Part shown: positions 40,700 through 50,735 of the stretch, one piece after another | Numbering within the stretch: position 1 is the stretch's first letter | Layout of the letters: the number at the start of each line of letters is the position of its first letter | Assembly (NCBI GenBank): GCA_026004595.1 | Contig: BPJL01000005.1 | Location: forward strand, 11,263 to 75,262 | Source of the DNA: Patescibacteria group bacterium | Lineage (GTDB): Bacteria > Patescibacteriota > WWE3 > UBA101185 > UBA10185 | Direction of reading: 5' to 3' | DNA length: 64,000 bases | Translations under genes and position numbers: made by a program | The notes under the pieces: generated by a model | Databases searched by the model: none | What the model was told of the DNA's origin: nothing | What the model saw: only the letters and a program-made list of their open reading frames with translations

Positions 40700-40897
40700 A
40701 TGTGCTTAGCCATACCGGGAAAGGTGATAAAGATTAACGGAATGAAAGTTACGGTTAAATACCCACACGATTCTAGAGAAGTTTTGGATGGAGGTATATC
40801 AGTAAAAGTGGGTGATTATGTTCTGGTTCAGATGGGTATAATTATTCGAAGGATTGGATCGAAAGAAGCAAAAAGTGCAACTTCGGCTTGGAAATAA
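40700..40897 (+). CDS. hypC: HypC/HupF hydrogenase chaperone
   Basis: MCLAIPGKV...VGDYVLVQMG. Confidence 0.9.
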   Translation: MCLAIPGKVIKINGMKVTVKYPHDSREVLDGGISVKVGDYVLVQMGIIIRRIGSKEAKSATSAWK

Positions 40898-40946
40898 AGT
40901 ATCCCAAAAACTATCTTTTTACAGCAAAACAAAAAATGATTAGTAT

Positions 40947-41611
40947 TTATCTCCACACTATAGTTCCAGTTATCTCGTCAAGACATTCTGGTACCAAATA
41001 ACTAGGAAAATCCGGATAATCTTTAAACGATCTACACATGATAGATCCGTTTCCATCAGCCAACACTTTAATTGCGCCATCCTCCTTAACTGCACACACG
41101 TAACCGCCACCGACACCTGGGATAGTCGGCACAACCCCGCCCCCAATATATTTTCCAAAATGCTTTTGAATAACAACTTTCATATTCGTAAGATCAAGTC
41201 CTTTATCAATTAGCGCCGATCTTATTTTTCTGCGTCTCCCTCGATATCACACTCATTCCTAAAATAAGCCCATTCTTCACAAGCGTAATTTTCAAAAACA
41301 CATAAAGCAAACTGACTGCCATCCGAGTTAGTGATCATCTCTAGTCTTCCGCCGTCTTCCTGACAATTCACAGAGGCGGGGTTAGCCATACCTATCGGCT
41401 GCATTTCTTCTACAACTGGCTCGTCCGAATCAATATTTAGAGATCTTAAATAATCAATGCTGATTGGAGAAATGTGGTGTTCAGACAACTTTTCCTTATA
41501 AATACGAGAAGACAAAGCTTCATCGGTTTTTTTAACACTAATCTTTATAGAGATAAGGTAAAGGATAACTGAGAAGAATACCAAAAGTAGTGAGGCAAGT
41601 ATCTTTTTCAT
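40947..41611 (-). CDS. DUF333-domain exported protein (frameshift ~41225)
   Basis: MANPASVNC...GG...C...CEEWAYFR; adding one A joins it to the 40947 ORF via EKIRSALIDKGLDLTNMK. Confidence 0.75.
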
Positions 41612-41646
41612 ATCGGATCGAAATACTAACAAAAGTAGATCAATAA

Positions 41647-41678
41647 GAAAAGCTCCGGTAAAAGGTGTTACCGGAGCT
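41647..41678 (-). terminator. Intrinsic terminator after the amidase
   Basis: AGCTCCGGTAA / TTACCGGAGCT with an A-run on the left. Confidence 0.65.
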
Positions 41679-42399
41679 CGCTGAGGCGCCCTTGCTGGTT
41701 TGATTGCTGGTTTGATTTAGCTATTCTTTCCCTAAGCAAAGGTAGAAAGTACTGCTCGAAGAACAAATTTCCTGGGTCTGTTTTTCCCGAGCCGTTGATT
41801 TGATAGTGGCCGATGACATTTTCTATGGGTATGTCATAGATATCCATCAACACAACAACCAAGTCAACGGTTTCTTGAGTGATCGCAACAATGGAATCGA
41901 CCATTTCGGGAGACGCTTCGCCAGTCACTAGGTAGTTATATGTTCTTCCTGCCATCTCAATTTGAATTGAATGGCTATCATATAAACTGCCTGCGCCACG
42001 GCACTGCATCACACCCTCTTTGTACATGGGTAGGAACTGTCCTACACCATCTAAACCGACGCCAAAGTGAACGCTGCGCCCACCATCTTCACGGCCGGCC
42101 AATCCGTTCCAAGTTCGCGAAGAAACCCATTTCTCCGGCGTTTTTCCCGACTGATCGTCAGTGTGTATAACTATAGTGTCGGGAACGACCAACCTATGTA
42201 TGTAGGAAGTTGGTGGCAGAATCTTATAGTAGCTGCCAAAGCACAAAGCCTCGGAACCTCCCTCACAATACTCTAGGTTATTTTCCTCTGCTTCTTCAAC
42301 ACTTCTGCCTACACTATCAAACATTGAGTGGACGGGAAAAGCAGTAAATACAGTTAAAAACACTACTAGATAAAACACAACCACCCTTTTGAGCATCAT
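41668..42399 (-). CDS. N-acetylmuramoyl-L-alanine amidase (Amidase_2), secreted
   Basis: IVIHT, SVHF, SIQIEM, VIGH, KTDPG; SD GGAGG before 42399. Confidence 0.85.
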   Translation of the reverse strand: MMLKRVVVFYLVVFLTVFTAFPVHSMFDSVGRSVEEAEENNLEYCEGGSEALCFGSYYKILPPTSYIHRLVVPDTIVIHTDDQSGKTPEKWVSSRTWNGLAGREDGGRSVHFGVGLDGVGQFLPMYKEGVMQCRGAGSLYDSHSIQIEMAGRTYNYLVTGEASPEMVDSIVAITQETVDLVVVLMDIYDIPIENVIGHYQINGSGKTDPGNLFFEQYFLPLLRERIAKSNQQSNQQGRLSELR

Positions 42400-42528
42400 C
42401 CACCTCCCCAATCTGACATTCTGATTTGAAATATTAATTGTCCCGCAGTATATACAACTTCTATCGCAACAGCAAGAACTTTCTTCAACAAAAAATAGTC
42501 GCAGACTCTTATAGTGTATAATCAAACT

Positions 42529-43203
42529 ATGAAATCATCTAAACCCATAATCATAGTGATCGTGCTGATTTTACTAATTGCTGGAGGGTATGTCGGATTC
42601 AAAAATCTGAAAAAGACAACAATCCAAACTCAAAAACAGCCTGAATCCGCAATTGAAACTGAACAACCCAAAAACGCTGAAGAAAGCTACTTTTCAGGAT
42701 CTTTGAAAGACCTGTTTTCACTGGCGAAAGATGTTGAATGCACATATTCTTACTCAGACGAAAAAAATAAAACCTCTGGCGTAATGTACGTTTCAGGAAA
42801 AAACTTAAGAAGTGATAGCAAGGTTACAGTTGAAGACGGAACGATCGTGGAAAGCTCTTTTATTCTAAAAGACAACATGATGTATATGTGGGGGCCATCA
42901 ATGCCTTACGGCGTGAAAATTTCAGTTGAAGAAGAGATGCTAGATTCAACCGCCGAAGGTTCTGAGGGAGAGAAAGTGCCTGAAAACTTAGCGTCTCTCC
43001 AGAAGAAAGTTGATTACAAATGCTCGCCTTGGATTGTAGACGTATCAAAATTTGAACTTCCTGAAAACGTTGAGTTCAAGGAGATGGTGGTACCCTCACG
43101 AAGTCAAGTTGAAAATAACAACCAAAACATGTGCGGTATGTGTGATCTCATACAAGATGAGGAAAATAAGGTTCAGTGCTTGAGTACTTTCAATTGTGAG
43201 TAA
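42529..43203 (+). CDS. Membrane-anchored exported hypothetical protein
   Basis: N-terminal TM; ECTY, MYMWG, YKCSPW...FELP. Confidence 0.75.
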   Translation: MKSSKPIIIVIVLILLIAGGYVGFKNLKKTTIQTQKQPESAIETEQPKNAEESYFSGSLKDLFSLAKDVECTYSYSDEKNKTSGVMYVSGKNLRSDSKVTVEDGTIVESSFILKDNMMYMWGPSMPYGVKISVEEEMLDSTAEGSEGEKVPENLASLQKKVDYKCSPWIVDVSKFELPENVEFKEMVVPSRSQVENNNQNMCGMCDLIQDEENKVQCLSTFNCE

Positions 43204-44847
43204 TAAGTTTAAATTTAGAAGAGCTACGAGTTTAATAAAAAGTCACTCTTACCTGTGTTTGTTCATATTGCTTTACCTGGCCATTTCCCTCCTGACTTAC
43301 AAAGACTACGGACCGACAAGTGATGAAAAGGTTGAATATGACACAGGCAAGTATCTACTTGAATACTATAAAAAAACTACAGACATTGACTTTGTAAATA
43401 ACCTCGTTTCCAACGGCCCTAATAATATCGCCAAAAGGCATCTGCCCTTATTCAGCAGTTATTCTCGCATATACCCAGCCGTTCTCAATATTCTAAATCC
43501 CAATTTCTATTTTGAGTGGTTTCACCTTCAAAACATGATCATTGGGTTGTTTTTATTTCTCTCAGCGTATCTTTGCTTATATCTAGCCTACAAAGATCAG
43601 AAAAAAGCCATTGTAGCTCCCATTCTTCTTCTTTTTACACCCGTTGTCTACGGCCATATACCCGCAAATCCAAAGGACATACCTTTTGCTTCACTTTATA
43701 TATTTGGGGTCTATCTAATTTCCAAATACCTAAGAGGAATAGAAACATCTAAAGCTTGCCTAAACTCATTTCGATTTATACTTTTGGGAGCTGTTTTTGG
43801 CGTAGCCACAGGTATAAGAACAGCGGGGCTTACATTGCCCGCAATATATTTTGTTGCAGGAGCAATAAAAATATTTAAAGACAAGGAGATAAAAGATAGA
43901 CTTGTTGAACATTTTTTTAATACAGCGACTATTGTTGTCGTTTCCTTGTTTTTTTTGGATAGTAACTGTTCCTTTCATGGGAGCAAATTTTTTTGCTAAT
44001 TTTGCTTCCGTTTTTTCCAGTAGCATAGACTTCCAATACTGGAACGGAAAGATTTTATACTTAGGTAAATTTTTCAGTAAAAACGAAAGGCCTTGGCATT
44101 ACCTGTTTGTGCACCTTTTCATTCAACTACCCATAGTGGCCATTGCCGCGATTTTATCTGGCCTGTTTTTGGCCTTAAAGAGAAAAATAGAAAGAAAAGT
44201 AAAATTTGATTTCCTTCATCCCACAAGCATATTGGAGTATGCCATTTTGCTAAACTTTGCACTCTATCTCTTCTTTCAACCCGTTGTATATAACGCTGCA
44301 CGGCATTATATATTTTTGATGGTTTGTTTGGTTATACTTTCTGCCTTCTTTTTAGTTGAAACATATTCCATCCTAGACAAAAAAAGAAAATTATGGATTT
44401 TGGGCGGCGTGTCGGGATATTTATTCTTTACTCTTATTCGTATGGTGCGCCTTCATCCATACGAATACATCTATTACAACGAATTTGTCGGCGGCCTTTG
44501 GGGCGCAAATCAAAAATTCGAGCTGGACTATTGGGGAACTTCATATAAAGAGGGCGCAGAATTAGTAAGATCCGTGGTTGAAAGGAATAATCTTAAAAAC
44601 ATCAGCGTTGTACTCCTGCAATAACCAATTTTCCGTGGTTTACTACTCTCAATTCATGTACGACCTGGCTTCAAGATCTAAATCTTCAGATATTATCCTG
44701 TGCGATCCGGTAGAAGAACAATTAAGAGCAGAGGCGTTTGATGCCTTCAACAGCGAAACACACCCCGTAGTCAAAACGATACTTAGAGAGGGAGTTCCAA
44801 TTCTCAAAATTAGAACTACGCAAGCCCTAGCTAAACATTTTGAATAA
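43196..44847 (+). CDS. GT-C (ArnT/PMT-like) glycosyltransferase split by two frameshifts
   Basis: DYGPTSDE, NPKDIPFA, PWHY, LHPYEYIYYN, DYWG; breaks at T8 43949-43956 and ~44609. Confidence 0.8.
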
Positions 44848-44926
44848 TCTTCTGTGTTATTCGGTCTGCAGGCTACTGTAATATCCAGCTCTAGTTTTCG
44901 TTAAAGCTCAATTCAGCATTATGTCC

Positions 44927-45154
44927 CTACCCCTTAACCACATTCTCTATATCTATTTCATTTATTGCACGGCTGTTCTTGTCATTCAACATCATATCAT
45001 TCTGGTCTTTTTGCCTTGTACTTGAGGAGTCTCTCAACCAACCGAAAATTTGTTGGCTACAACATACTAGCTTTCCACCCCTATAGGAAAAACTGCTAAA
45101 AACCGTTAAAAGGGTGAGTAAGTGTGTATGTGCTTTTGTTGGATTTTTCAACAT
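44927..45154 (-). CDS. Small hypothetical protein
   Basis: 75-aa ORF in an otherwise empty interval; no motif. Confidence 0.3.
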   Translation of the reverse strand: MLKNPTKAHTHLLTLLTVFSSFSYRGGKLVCCSQQIFGWLRDSSSTRQKDQNDMMLNDKNSRAINEIDIENVVKG

Positions 45155-45215
45155 AACACAATTTTATATTTAAAGCTGGCTGTGAATAAAAAATGCACAA
45201 ACATAGAAGGGGAGA

Positions 45216-45243
45216 GGCAGCCCGCAAAATGTTACGGGCTGCC
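45216..45243 (-). terminator. Hairpin downstream of 45288..45923
   Basis: GGCAGCCCG / CGGGCTGCC inverted repeat. Confidence 0.55.
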
Positions 45244-45287
45244 CCGAAAAAGGCACTATACAAACCACCTTAGCGCTCTCTGCACTT

Positions 45288-45923
45288 TCAATCCGTGACC
45301 ATTTTACTCCTGGTAAACCTTAACAGCGCAATCTTTGATCCTTCGTTGTCATAAGTCCAGAAGTAGCCCTCAAGAGCCTGATCGAAAAAATAGTGTCGTT
45401 CAGCAGAACCATTTCCATCCAAATCCACATAGAGATACATAAGCTGTGATGTGACGTTAGTAAATAAGCTTTTGTTTCTAACCACCACAGAAGTCTGAGT
45501 TGAACAATACTCAGCACCATCAATGTATGCGCATGGATTTAAAACAGATCTGCCTCCCGGCCGCCCAAGGACCCTGACCCAAACATTGTAAGAGATAACA
45601 CCATCTTTATTGGTATCAAGTTTAGGTAAGCTAAATGTCACACCATTGGCATCGGTTCCATCCGCGTCAATAATTGCGAACTTTCTTCCTGGAATCAGGC
45701 TTACCTTTATCTTTCCGGACAACGGTACAAATATCCCGCTTTCGTAATTGCCTACATCCGCAACTCTGCCATCAGGTATACCTATAAGATAAAGACTGCT
45801 AGAAAGATCGCTCAATGACGTCTTCCCCCTAACGGACGGCGCCACAGCGCTCAATTTGAAAAAAAGCACCACGGCAACTGCAGAGATAGCCATTAAGATC
45901 ATGGCTCTTTTCATGTTACTCAC
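45288..45923 (-). CDS. Secreted hypothetical protein with DxDxDG-like loops
   Basis: Signal peptide; DADGTD, DTNKDG, DLDGNG, YFWTYDN. Confidence 0.7.
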   Translation of the reverse strand: MSNMKRAMILMAISAVAVVLFFKLSAVAPSVRGKTSLSDLSSSLYLIGIPDGRVADVGNYESGIFVPLSGKIKVSLIPGRKFAIIDADGTDANGVTFSLPKLDTNKDGVISYNVWVRVLGRPGGRSVLNPCAYIDGAEYCSTQTSVVVRNKSLFTNVTSQLMYLYVDLDGNGSAERHYFFDQALEGYFWTYDNEGSKIALLRFTRSKMVTD

Positions 45924-46118
45924 CCCTTTCTTACTCTAAATTGCTACCACACAAGTAGTAATCGGTAAGAAAAGGAAGGCGTAATAAAGCCTTTTTACGG
46001 CAGGGTTCCTGGAAACAGTGTATATTACATTACAGCTAACTTTGAGTCAAACTTGCCCACAACAGCCAATTCATATAATATATAGAAGAATGTCTATATT
46101 TATTTGGAAGGAGGTCCC

Positions 46119-46604
46119 ATGCAAGACATGCAAGAAAGTAAAGATAAAAAATCGAAATCTTCTTTTTTGCTCTTTTTGATAATTTTCATTCCCCTAGCAG
46201 TATATTTATTTATGACTTCCAAAAAACCGGCATCCAGCATTCCAGAACCGGAACAAATTACCGCGGCTCAAAATACAGAAAATGTAGAAACAGAGTTTAT
46301 AAATGAAACGATCGGTGAGCCGCAAAAAGAAGTGCGGGTAGTTGTAAACGGAAGCAACTTCAAGTTTGAACCTAAAACCATAAATGCTAAAGTAGGAGAA
46401 AAAGTTATTGTAGAGTTCAATAATATTGAGGGTGTTCACGATTTTAGGATAGAGGAGTTCGGTATAGCGACTCGGATCCTTAAAGCAAACGAAAGCGAAA
46501 CTGTTGAGTTTACCGCAGACAAAACGGGCTCCTTTGAGTTTTACTGCTCGGTAGGTGAACATAGAAAAATGGGGATGGTCGGAACGTTGGTAGTTGAAGA
46601 ATAA
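46119..46604 (+). CDS. Membrane-anchored cupredoxin (type 1 Cu site)
   Basis: FEPKTI, H(DF), FYCSVGEHRKMGM. Confidence 0.9.
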   Translation: MQDMQESKDKKSKSSFLLFLIIFIPLAVYLFMTSKKPASSIPEPEQITAAQNTENVETEFINETIGEPQKEVRVVVNGSNFKFEPKTINAKVGEKVIVEFNNIEGVHDFRIEEFGIATRILKANESETVEFTADKTGSFEFYCSVGEHRKMGMVGTLVVEE

Positions 46605-47279
46605 ATGGCCAAACAGATTAGAGTAATTGTTTACGCAACCTGTGTCGGGCTTGTGATATGGGCTTATTTCGGACTCTGGCCCTTAGGCGCTGTACCTCTG
46701 CATCTGAGGTACGGCTTCCTTGCAGTTATCCTTCTATACCTGACTCTTCTTGCCAGTCCTCTATATATTGCCTTCCCAAAACTACCTCATAAAATAACAT
46801 ATTTAAGAGCCAGAAAAGCGCTCGGTCTATCAGCCTTTTCTTTTGCACTTCTACACGGAATAACATCTCTTAATGACGCGCTTGGCGGTTTTAATATGTT
46901 AATAAGATTAGAGTTCCCATACCTTTGGCCATATTTATTCGGATATGCGGCACTGGGGATATTAACCGTTATGGCCGCAACCTCAACGCCTCAGGCCATA
47001 AACCGACTTGGTAAATATTGGAAGAAATTACACCGTCTAATATATATTGCGGGCACCTTTGTGCTATTTCACGTTGTCTTAATTAATTCAAGTTTCCGCC
47101 TTCCGTTGCTTATCGACTTACTTAGCTTGCTATCACTAAGTTTCCTGTTTACACTACAAATGTACAGGCTCAATAAATTTGCCAAAGAAAATTACAAAAC
47201 CCTGCAAAACACAACTTTTTGGCCCTACATATCAGCGTTTATGCTTATTATCTTGATGCTATATACGATCTCAATATGA
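46605..47279 (+). CDS. Ferric reductase-like / MsrQ-like heme-b membrane protein
   Basis: RKALGL, LLHG, AATS, WKKLHRLIY, LFH. Confidence 0.85.
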   Translation: MAKQIRVIVYATCVGLVIWAYFGLWPLGAVPLHLRYGFLAVILLYLTLLASPLYIAFPKLPHKITYLRARKALGLSAFSFALLHGITSLNDALGGFNMLIRLEFPYLWPYLFGYAALGILTVMAATSTPQAINRLGKYWKKLHRLIYIAGTFVLFHVVLINSSFRLPLLIDLLSLLSLSFLFTLQMYRLNKFAKENYKTLQNTTFWPYISAFMLIILMLYTISI

Positions 47280-47288
47280 ATGAAGAAA

Positions 47289-47625
47289 CTAATCCACTAG
47301 TTTTGCTAGAAAAGAACTTATGAACGAAACGGCCACACTAAAGAGCAGGGCTGTCCAGATGCTTGCAATCTGAAATCCCGGCACCAAAGCCGCCGTTAAT
47401 ATTGTGATAAAAGCACTAATAAAGAAAGTGAAAAGCCCAAGAGTAAGAATATTAATAGGAAAAGTAAGCAATATTAAAACAGGTTTTACAAACACGTTTA
47501 GGGGTACCAAGAACCAAAGCTACGACAATAGCCGTTACCAAATCTTCCACGTAGACTCCGGGAATTATTTTTGAAGCGGCAAAGATCGCCAATGTAGCTA
47601 TACTGAGCTTTAAAAGCAGTTTCAC
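47289..47625 (-). CDS. YvlD/DUF360 (phage-holin-like 4-TM) membrane protein, frameshift ~47501
   Basis: IPGVYV...LNVFVKPVLILLTFPINILTLGLF...VPGF. Confidence 0.85.
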
Positions 47626-47742
47626 TACACTATTATACCTAATAACCAAATGATGTAAAATGAATGATATAAAGTAAGACTACTACCGAGCGACTGGTAT
47701 TTACCCTAAAGTCCGCGCACGGATTCACCTGCCCCAATTTGT

Positions 47743-48305
47743 ATGATTGATTCTTACACATATACAGACGAACAGATTGTTCTAATTATTTTAAATGGCG
47801 ATAATGAAGCGTACGAAGAAATAATCAAGCGCTACGAAAACAAATTGATTCGATACATAAAATACCTAGTACCAAAAACCGACGACGCTGAAGATATAGT
47901 GCAAACAACCTTTATCAAGGCCTACGAAAATCTCAATAATTTTTAAACAAGAATACAAATTCTCATCTTGGATTTATAGGATAGCCCATAATGAAGCGAT
48001 TAACCGGCTAAAGAAAAAATACCAGGAAACGTTTTTTTCCTGACTTTGACTTAATTTCTCTTTCATCAAAAGAAACACCGGAAACCGAGTACGAGAAAAA
48101 AGAACTGGCTTCTACACTTATGAAATGCCTGAACATGCTTCCCGTCAAATATAGAGGCGTTCTCACACTATATTACCTTGAAGACAAGCAGTACGAAGAT
48201 ATCAGCATAATTCTGAAAATACCAAAGGGCACGGTGGCGACAAGAATAAATAGGGCGAAAGCAAAACTGAAAGAAATTTGTATTAAATATCATATAGGAG
48301 GTTAA
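47743..48305 (+). CDS. ECF sigma-70 factor (SigW-like), two frameshifts
   Basis: AEDIVQTTFIKAY / KFSSWIYRIAHN / LPVKYR...YEDIS...GTVATRINRAK; extra T at ~47941 and ~48032. Confidence 0.88.
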
Positions 48306-48307
48306 AA

Positions 48308-48988
48308 ATGGATATATCAAAAAATGTAATGGAAAAAATTAAAAGAAACGAGATAAAGATAAAACCTAAGGTGTACTTTTTCTTCGGCAATATGCTTTTG
48401 GGCGCTGGAATAACTTTGTCCTTGATAATTTCGATAATTTCGATCAATTTTATGTTTCACGCTCTCGAACAAAGACCGCTTTTTAGGCTTATGGGGTTGG
48501 GAAGGATGGGCGTAGTACAGTCATTTATTGAAATGCCATGGCTCTTTATACTTGCAGCTTTGGGATTTACATACATCGGAATTTACTTGTTAAACAAAAC
48601 GGACATTATATACAGGAGGAATCCCATTCCGTACATATTGGCCGTACCTACCCTCGTTCTGCTCCTGGGCTTTGCCGCATATAAATCAGGTTTTAATCAA
48701 AATCTTCAAAAACACCGCAAGATAAGACAGTTCATGAAACAACTACCGACCGAAACTTGGGTGCAGGGTACAGTCAGTGAGGTGTATCACGAAAATATAA
48801 CGATAAAGACGGATAGCGGAATGTTCCTAACTCTCAAGACCGACAACAATACAGTTAAACCTGGAAGATTTTTACGTCCGGGAGACTGTATCAGGGCAAT
48901 CGGCAGGTTTGCCGGTGAAACTTTTGAGGCTTCGGGCATATTCGGCTGCCCCAAACAATTCATCGATTTAAATGAAAGAAATTTCTAA
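48308..48988 (+). CDS. Membrane protein, putative anti-sigma factor with C-terminal OB-like domain
   Basis: Three TM segments, directly downstream of the ECF sigma gene. Confidence 0.6.
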   Translation: MDISKNVMEKIKRNEIKIKPKVYFFFGNMLLGAGITLSLIISIISINFMFHALEQRPLFRLMGLGRMGVVQSFIEMPWLFILAALGFTYIGIYLLNKTDIIYRRNPIPYILAVPTLVLLLGFAAYKSGFNQNLQKHRKIRQFMKQLPTETWVQGTVSEVYHENITIKTDSGMFLTLKTDNNTVKPGRFLRPGDCIRAIGRFAGETFEASGIFGCPKQFIDLNERNF

Positions 48989-48998
48989 TTTTCCTGTA
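48973..48998 (+). promoter_or_regulatory. Candidate ECF (SigW-like) promoter
   Basis: TGAAAG-N16-TGTA, close to the SigW consensus TGAAAC-N16-CGTA; upstream of 49032. Confidence 0.45.
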
Positions 48999-49031
48999 TT
49001 AATGGTAGTAAAAATTTTAATAAGGAGAATT

Positions 49032-49500
49032 ATGATGAAAAAAAACTATGCTTTTAGCATCCGCAGGTTTAGTTTTGTTTGCCGCCCTTGGTTTCGGGGG
49101 CTATAAGTATTTAGAGTACGGAAGTGGTTCAAGACCTATTCATGTCGTAAAAGCAGAATACGACAGAAATATTGAGGCAAGGCGTGGCAGAGCCGGTTTC
49201 GGATATCAAGGCTTCGGCCGCGGTATCGAAACAGTAGCAGCTAAGTTGGGAATGACAGTCGATGAACTTCGATCACAGCTTGGTTCAAAAACCATGCTCG
49301 AGATTGCTGAAGAAAAAGGAATATCCCAAGAACAATTCCATCAAATGATGATAGAATCAGCAATTCAAAGATGGAAGGATGCAGGATTTAGTGATAAAGA
49401 AATTGCAGAAAGACAAAAAATGATAGAAGAAAGGCAACAAAAACTGCAACGGGGAAGGCCTTTTCAGAGGAAGTCCATTCAGAAACTGACATCGAGATAG
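49032..49500 (+). CDS. Exported hypothetical protein (AKLGMT..EL family), frameshift at A8 ~49038
   Basis: AAGGAG SD, signal/TM, AAKLGMTVDELR...KTMLEIAEEKGIS. Confidence 0.7.
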
Positions 49501-49501
49501 G

Positions 49502-49530
49502 AAAAAACGGAGCGTAAGCTCCGTTTTTTT
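49502..49530. terminator. Bidirectional-type intrinsic terminator
   Basis: AAAAAACGGAGC-GTAA-GCTCCGTTTTTT. Confidence 0.85.
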
Positions 49531-49559
49531 AACCGCTCACCGAATGTATACTATACTGT

Positions 49560-50729
49560 ATGGAATTTCCTAAAGACTTTGTTTGGGGGGCCTCTATTTC
49601 CGCACATCAAACAGAAGGCAACAACACTAACTCTGATTGGTGGAAGTGGGAATCAGAAAACAAAGTTCAACATCTCATTGATCGCTCCGGAATCGCCTGC
49701 GATTTTTACAACAGATACTCAGAAGACTTGGATCTTTGCTGCAAAGCAAACTTAAAGGCCATAAGACTAAGCATTGAGTGGGCAAGAATAGAACCAAGAC
49801 AAGGTATGTTCGATACAAGAGCGATAGACCATTACAAGAAAGTTCTTCAAGCTGCCAAAGAAAAGGGACTCAAGACTTTCGTCACGCTTCATCATTTCAC
49901 AAATCCTTTGTGGTTTTCCGAGATAGGCGGGTGGACAAACCTAAAAGCTCCTCTGTTATTCTCTAATTATGCAAAAAAATGCGCAGAAACACTAAACGAC
50001 TATGTAGATTTTTTTATTACAATAAATGAACCAAAAATTTATTCCTCAATGGCGTACCTTCATGGTGTTTGGCCACCTTGTAAAAAATCCCTCCTCCTTG
50101 CAACGTGGGTACAAATCATTATGGCTAAATCCCACAATCTAGCCTACAAAAAAATCAAGAGCGTTGTGGGTAAGCCCGTCGGAATAGTAAAAAACATCTC
50201 ATGGTATGAATATTCTTCTTTTACTCCGCTTGACAAGGTAATAGCTAAAATTCACTTTTTCCTTAAAGGAGCGCTTTTTCTTAATCCCGTTGCGAAATAT
50301 AGTGACTTTATAGGTCTAAATTATTATTTCACAAATCGAATAGTCAAATTTAGAATCAAAAATCCTGATAGTCCTGTCAATGATTTAGGCTGGTGGATAA
50401 ACTACGAAGGTCTTTATAATGTTCTTTTAAGCCTTAAGAAGTATGACCTCCCTATATTTATAACCGAGAATGGGATTGCAGATTCAGCAGATAAATACAG
50501 AGCGGGATTCATAAAGAAAATGTTATCTCAAGTTCACTTAGCAATATTAAGGGGAGTAAAGGTGAGGGGTTACTTTTACTGGTCTTTGCTGGACAACTAC
50601 GAATGGCATCACGGCTTTGCGCCCAAGTTCGGCCTTGTGTACGTCGATAGAGAACACAACTTAAAACGCATCCCTAGAAAATCCTTTTATGTTTACGCCG
50701 AAATATGTAAAAATGGAGTAGTAGGATAG
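49560..50729 (+). CDS. Glycoside hydrolase family 1 (beta-glucosidase-like)
   Basis: FPKDFVWG, EWARIEP, TINEP and ITENG catalytic glutamates. Confidence 0.93.
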   Translation: MEFPKDFVWGASISAHQTEGNNTNSDWWKWESENKVQHLIDRSGIACDFYNRYSEDLDLCCKANLKAIRLSIEWARIEPRQGMFDTRAIDHYKKVLQAAKEKGLKTFVTLHHFTNPLWFSEIGGWTNLKAPLLFSNYAKKCAETLNDYVDFFITINEPKIYSSMAYLHGVWPPCKKSLLLATWVQIIMAKSHNLAYKKIKSVVGKPVGIVKNISWYEYSSFTPLDKVIAKIHFFLKGALFLNPVAKYSDFIGLNYYFTNRIVKFRIKNPDSPVNDLGWWINYEGLYNVLLSLKKYDLPIFITENGIADSADKYRAGFIKKMLSQVHLAILRGVKVRGYFYWSLLDNYEWHHGFAPKFGLVYVDREHNLKRIPRKSFYVYAEICKNGVVG

Positions 50730-50735
50730 ACAAAA

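Noticed and set aside
47289-47625. Prophage suggested by the holin-like gene and the amidase at 41668
   Set aside because: YvlD-like proteins are common chromosomal membrane proteins, the amidase has a signal peptide, and no capsid, terminase or integrase is seen.
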